Assembly: GCA_963733035.1 (NCBI GenBank)
Contig: CAVTBU010000006.1
Span: 960,001 to 1,024,000 of the forward strand
Reading direction: 5' to 3'
Origin: Pirellulales bacterium
Lineage (GTDB): Bacteria > Planctomycetota > Planctomycetia > Pirellulales > PALSA-1355
DNA length: 64,000 nucleotides
The translations under genes and the position numbers were made by a program. Within the stretch, counting starts at the first letter, position 1. The number at the start of each line of letters is the position of its first letter. Below are positions 61,459 to 64,000 of this stretch, piece by piece. The notes under the pieces are model-generated. The model saw only the letters and a program-made list of their open reading frames with translations. It was not told the origin of the DNA and ran no database searches.

Positions 61459-62361
61459 GTGGACTGGTTGAACTATCATCACCTGTTCTATTTTTGGCAG
61501 GTGGCGCGCGACGGAAGTGTCGTCCGAGCCGCACGTACATTGCATCTCTCCCAGCCCACGGTTTCGGCCCAGGTGCGCGCCCTGGAACGCGCGCTGGGGC
61601 AGAAATTATTCCAGAAGCAGGGGCGGTATCTGGTGCTGACCGAGGTAGGTCGGCAAGTTCAGCGCTACGCCGAGGAAATCTTCGCCCTGGGACGCGAGCT
61701 GACGGAAGTCGTTGGCCGCGACCAGCCGACCGCGGCGACACGCTTCGCCGTTGGTATCTCGGATGCGCTTCCGAAGATGACCACCTACAAGCTGCTCGAA
61801 CCGGCCCTGGCCCTTGAGCCGCGGCCTCGGGTGGTGATGAAGATTGACAAGACCGAGCGCCTGCTGACGCAGTTAGCCGAACACAGCCTGGACCTGGTGT
61901 TGGCCGACGATCGCGTCCGCTCGGATATGAGCATTCGTGCCTTTACGCATCTGTTAGGCGAAAGCGGCGTCAGCATTTTCGCGACGCGCCAACTGGCTCG
62001 ACAATATCGGCGCAAGTTTCCGCAGTCGTTGCATGGGGCGCCCTTACTAGTGCAGACGACCAACACTTCCCTCCGGCGGACGATCGATCAATGGTTCTAC
62101 GAACGTAATCTGGCGCCACAAATTGTCGGCGAAGTTGAGGATATGGCGATGCTTCAGGTTCTCGGACAGCAGGGCATGGGGCTGTTCGCCGCGCCCTCGG
62201 TGGTGGAAAAGGTAATCTGCAAGCAGCACGACGTATGTGTATTGGGACAACTGGCTGAGGCCAGGGAACGTTTCTATGCCATTTCCGTCGAGCGACGACT
62301 CCGACATCCAGCGGTTGTCGCCATGTCACAGGCGGCACGCAAAAATCTATTTGTTGCCTAG
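61459..62361 (+). CDS. nhaR: NhaR-like LysR transcriptional activator
   Basis: WLNYHHLFYFWQVA, SQPTVSAQ, YAEEIFALGREL, FYAISVERRLRHP; GAGGAGG RBS before GTG. Confidence 0.8.
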   Translation: MDWLNYHHLFYFWQVARDGSVVRAARTLHLSQPTVSAQVRALERALGQKLFQKQGRYLVLTEVGRQVQRYAEEIFALGRELTEVVGRDQPTAATRFAVGISDALPKMTTYKLLEPALALEPRPRVVMKIDKTERLLTQLAEHSLDLVLADDRVRSDMSIRAFTHLLGESGVSIFATRQLARQYRRKFPQSLHGAPLLVQTTNTSLRRTIDQWFYERNLAPQIVGEVEDMAMLQVLGQQGMGLFAAPSVVEKVICKQHDVCVLGQLAEARERFYAISVERRLRHPAVVAMSQAARKNLFVA

Positions 62362-62868
62362 TCCTGCGGTCGGAGCCTGACTTTACCTTCGAACCGCGTC
62401 AACCGTTGATTGCAACCTTGGGCAGAATCTTGCAAATCCACGCGCGGTATGCTAGTTTTCTTGGGCCTGGTATGCCGCTTGTCTGACCGGGGCGTGTCAA
62501 AAGGCTCGTCCGCCCAGAACGACAATCGCCTCGAAGCTGCTCTTGTGCGAGAAATGCTTGTGGGTCAACCGGCGGTCGCCGGAGTCCAATCGCCAGCGAC
62601 GGTAATCCTGACTCGCCGCACGTTTTGAATGCTTGCGCGGGACAGACTCGATGAACCGTCTCTTCAATGACCAGGCGGCGCCCGCTCCATTCGCTTATTC
62701 CCAGGAACGCGCTGTTAAGGGCGTGAGATGTTCCTGCCCGGCTCGGCTGGATCGCAACGGCGCCGAACGGCTTGATTTCGCACTTTGTTTCAAAACCGCG
62801 TCTGCCGTATTTGCCATATTCCATCGAGAGATTTTGTCATGAACCAACATCTGGAGATACCGCGAGCA

Positions 62869-64000
62869 ATGAGATACCTCGTGGGAAGCTGCCTCGTGAT
62901 CGCGTGTTTATCCTCGAAGGTGGCCGGCGCGGCGGTCATCGTGACAAACCTGGTGACCGACGATCAGGCCGCGAACCCGGCCGCGACCACGGATCCCAAT
63001 TTGGTCAATGCCTGGGGCACTTCGTATGCGCCCACGGGTCCGTTTTGGGTTTCCAACAATGGCACCGGCACGTCGACGCTGTATAACGTGAATCCCGCGA
63101 CCAATGTTCCCACGACACTGGGCCTGGTGGTGTCTGTGCCGGGGGGTGGAAGCGTCACCGGTCAGGCATATAACAACTCGTCGGCGGCCTTTAACGGCGA
63201 CCAATTCCTGTTCGTCAATGAGGACGGTACGATCTCCGGTTGGCGCGGCGCGCTCGGTACGAATGCCGAAATACTTCAGACTGGTCTCGCGGCGAATGTC
63301 TACAAGGGAGCGTCGCAAGCGACCGTTGCCGGCAATGCGTATCTTTACTCGGCAAACTTTCGTGCCGGCACCGTTGACGTGCTCAAAGGGACTGCCCTTG
63401 CTCCCGATTTGGCTGGCAACTTCACGGACCCCAACCTGCCCGCCGGCTACGCGCCGTTTAACATCGAAAACCTCGGCGGCACTCTGTACGTCGCCTACGC
63501 GCTGCAGGATTCCACGCAGACGGATGAAGTCGCGGGCGCTGGCCTGGGCATTGTCGATGCGTTCGACACCAACGGCGTTCTACTCGGTCGTATCGCCAGC
63601 GGCGGACCGCTGAATGCTCCCTGGGGCATGTGCATCGCGCCCGATGGCTTTGCCGGCGTCGGCGGCGACCTGCTGGTAGGCAATTTCGGCGACGGCACGA
63701 TTAACGCGTTCAATTTGAGCACCCACGCGTACGACGGACCGCTCACCGATGCGTCGAACCAGCCGATTTCGATTGATGGCCTCTGGAGTTTGCGAGTCGG
63801 TAACGATACCGCGGCCGGAGCGTCGGGGGCGGTCTATTTTACCGCGGGCCCCGGCGATGAGTCGCACGGCTTGTTTGGCGTGTTGACCTCTGTGCCTGAG
63901 CCGTCGACCTGGACTTTGGCTGGCTCGGCCGCGGTCCTCTGGGCGATGGTTTTTGCAAGCGGACGGCTGCGAGCCTCCATCGGCGCAAGCGTCTGTAGGC
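62869..64000 (+). CDS. TIGR03118-family PEP-CTERM protein (last codons run off the window)
   Basis: Not in the ORF track. Manual translation gives TNLVTDD, DPNLVNAWG, PFWVSNNGTG, YAPFNI, LNAPWG, LLVGNFGDGTINAF, IDGLWSL, HGLFG, VPEPS. Confidence 0.9.
   Translation, partial: MRYLVGSCLVIACLSSKVAGAAVIVTNLVTDDQAANPAATTDPNLVNAWGTSYAPTGPFWVSNNGTGTSTLYNVNPATNVPTTLGLVVSVPGGGSVTGQAYNNSSAAFNGDQFLFVNEDGTISGWRGALGTNAEILQTGLAANVYKGASQATVAGNAYLYSANFRAGTVDVLKGTALAPDLAGNFTDPNLPAGYAPFNIENLGGTLYVAYALQDSTQTDEVAGAGLGIVDAFDTNGVLLGRIASGGPLNAPWGMCIAPDGFAGVGGDLLVGNFGDGTINAFNLSTHAYDGPLTDASNQPISIDGLWSLRVGNDTAAGASGAVYFTAGPGDESHGLFGVLTSVPEPSTWTLAGSAAVLWAMVFASGRLRASIGASVCR

Noticed and set aside
1..64000. CRISPR arrays, tRNA/rRNA genes, prophage, reverse transcriptase or integrase genes
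   Set aside because: None recognised on reading both strands; a manual read can miss short or divergent elements.

Overview
GC-rich bacterial window, most likely from a Planctomycete (Pirellulales-like). This is inferred from four PEP-CTERM genes plus one remnant, a sulfatase, a Hanks-type Ser/Thr kinase, a small BON protein and a CysC carrying an insertion. Bases 1-22.7 kb are accessory: oxidoreductases behind an ECF41-type promoter, an AraC/VOC pair, PEP-CTERM genes, a 2075-bp IS4-family element with an 11-bp target duplication, a DHFR-like gene ending in an attC-like site, secreted hydrolases, a receptor-like kinase and an ISKra4 scar. The IS carries a passenger gene between two diverged copies of its own left end. 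Bases 22.7-54.8 kb are mostly housekeeping: ABC transporter, TPR and HD proteins, sulfite reductase, folD, two outer-membrane barrels, glgP, cysC, an LPS/heptose cluster (lpxK, hldE, gmhB, waaF, GT2s, GT9) and an icd-like gene. Bases 55.6-64 kb are accessory again: a convergent DNA methyltransferase plus putative restriction endonuclease, PEP-CTERM genes, and a beta-carbonic anhydrase divergent from an NhaR-like LysR gene. Nine genes are frameshifted, eight at or beside GCGC, which looks like a modification-linked sequencing artefact. I found no rRNA, tRNA or CRISPR array. All family calls come from reading motifs by eye; no database search was run.
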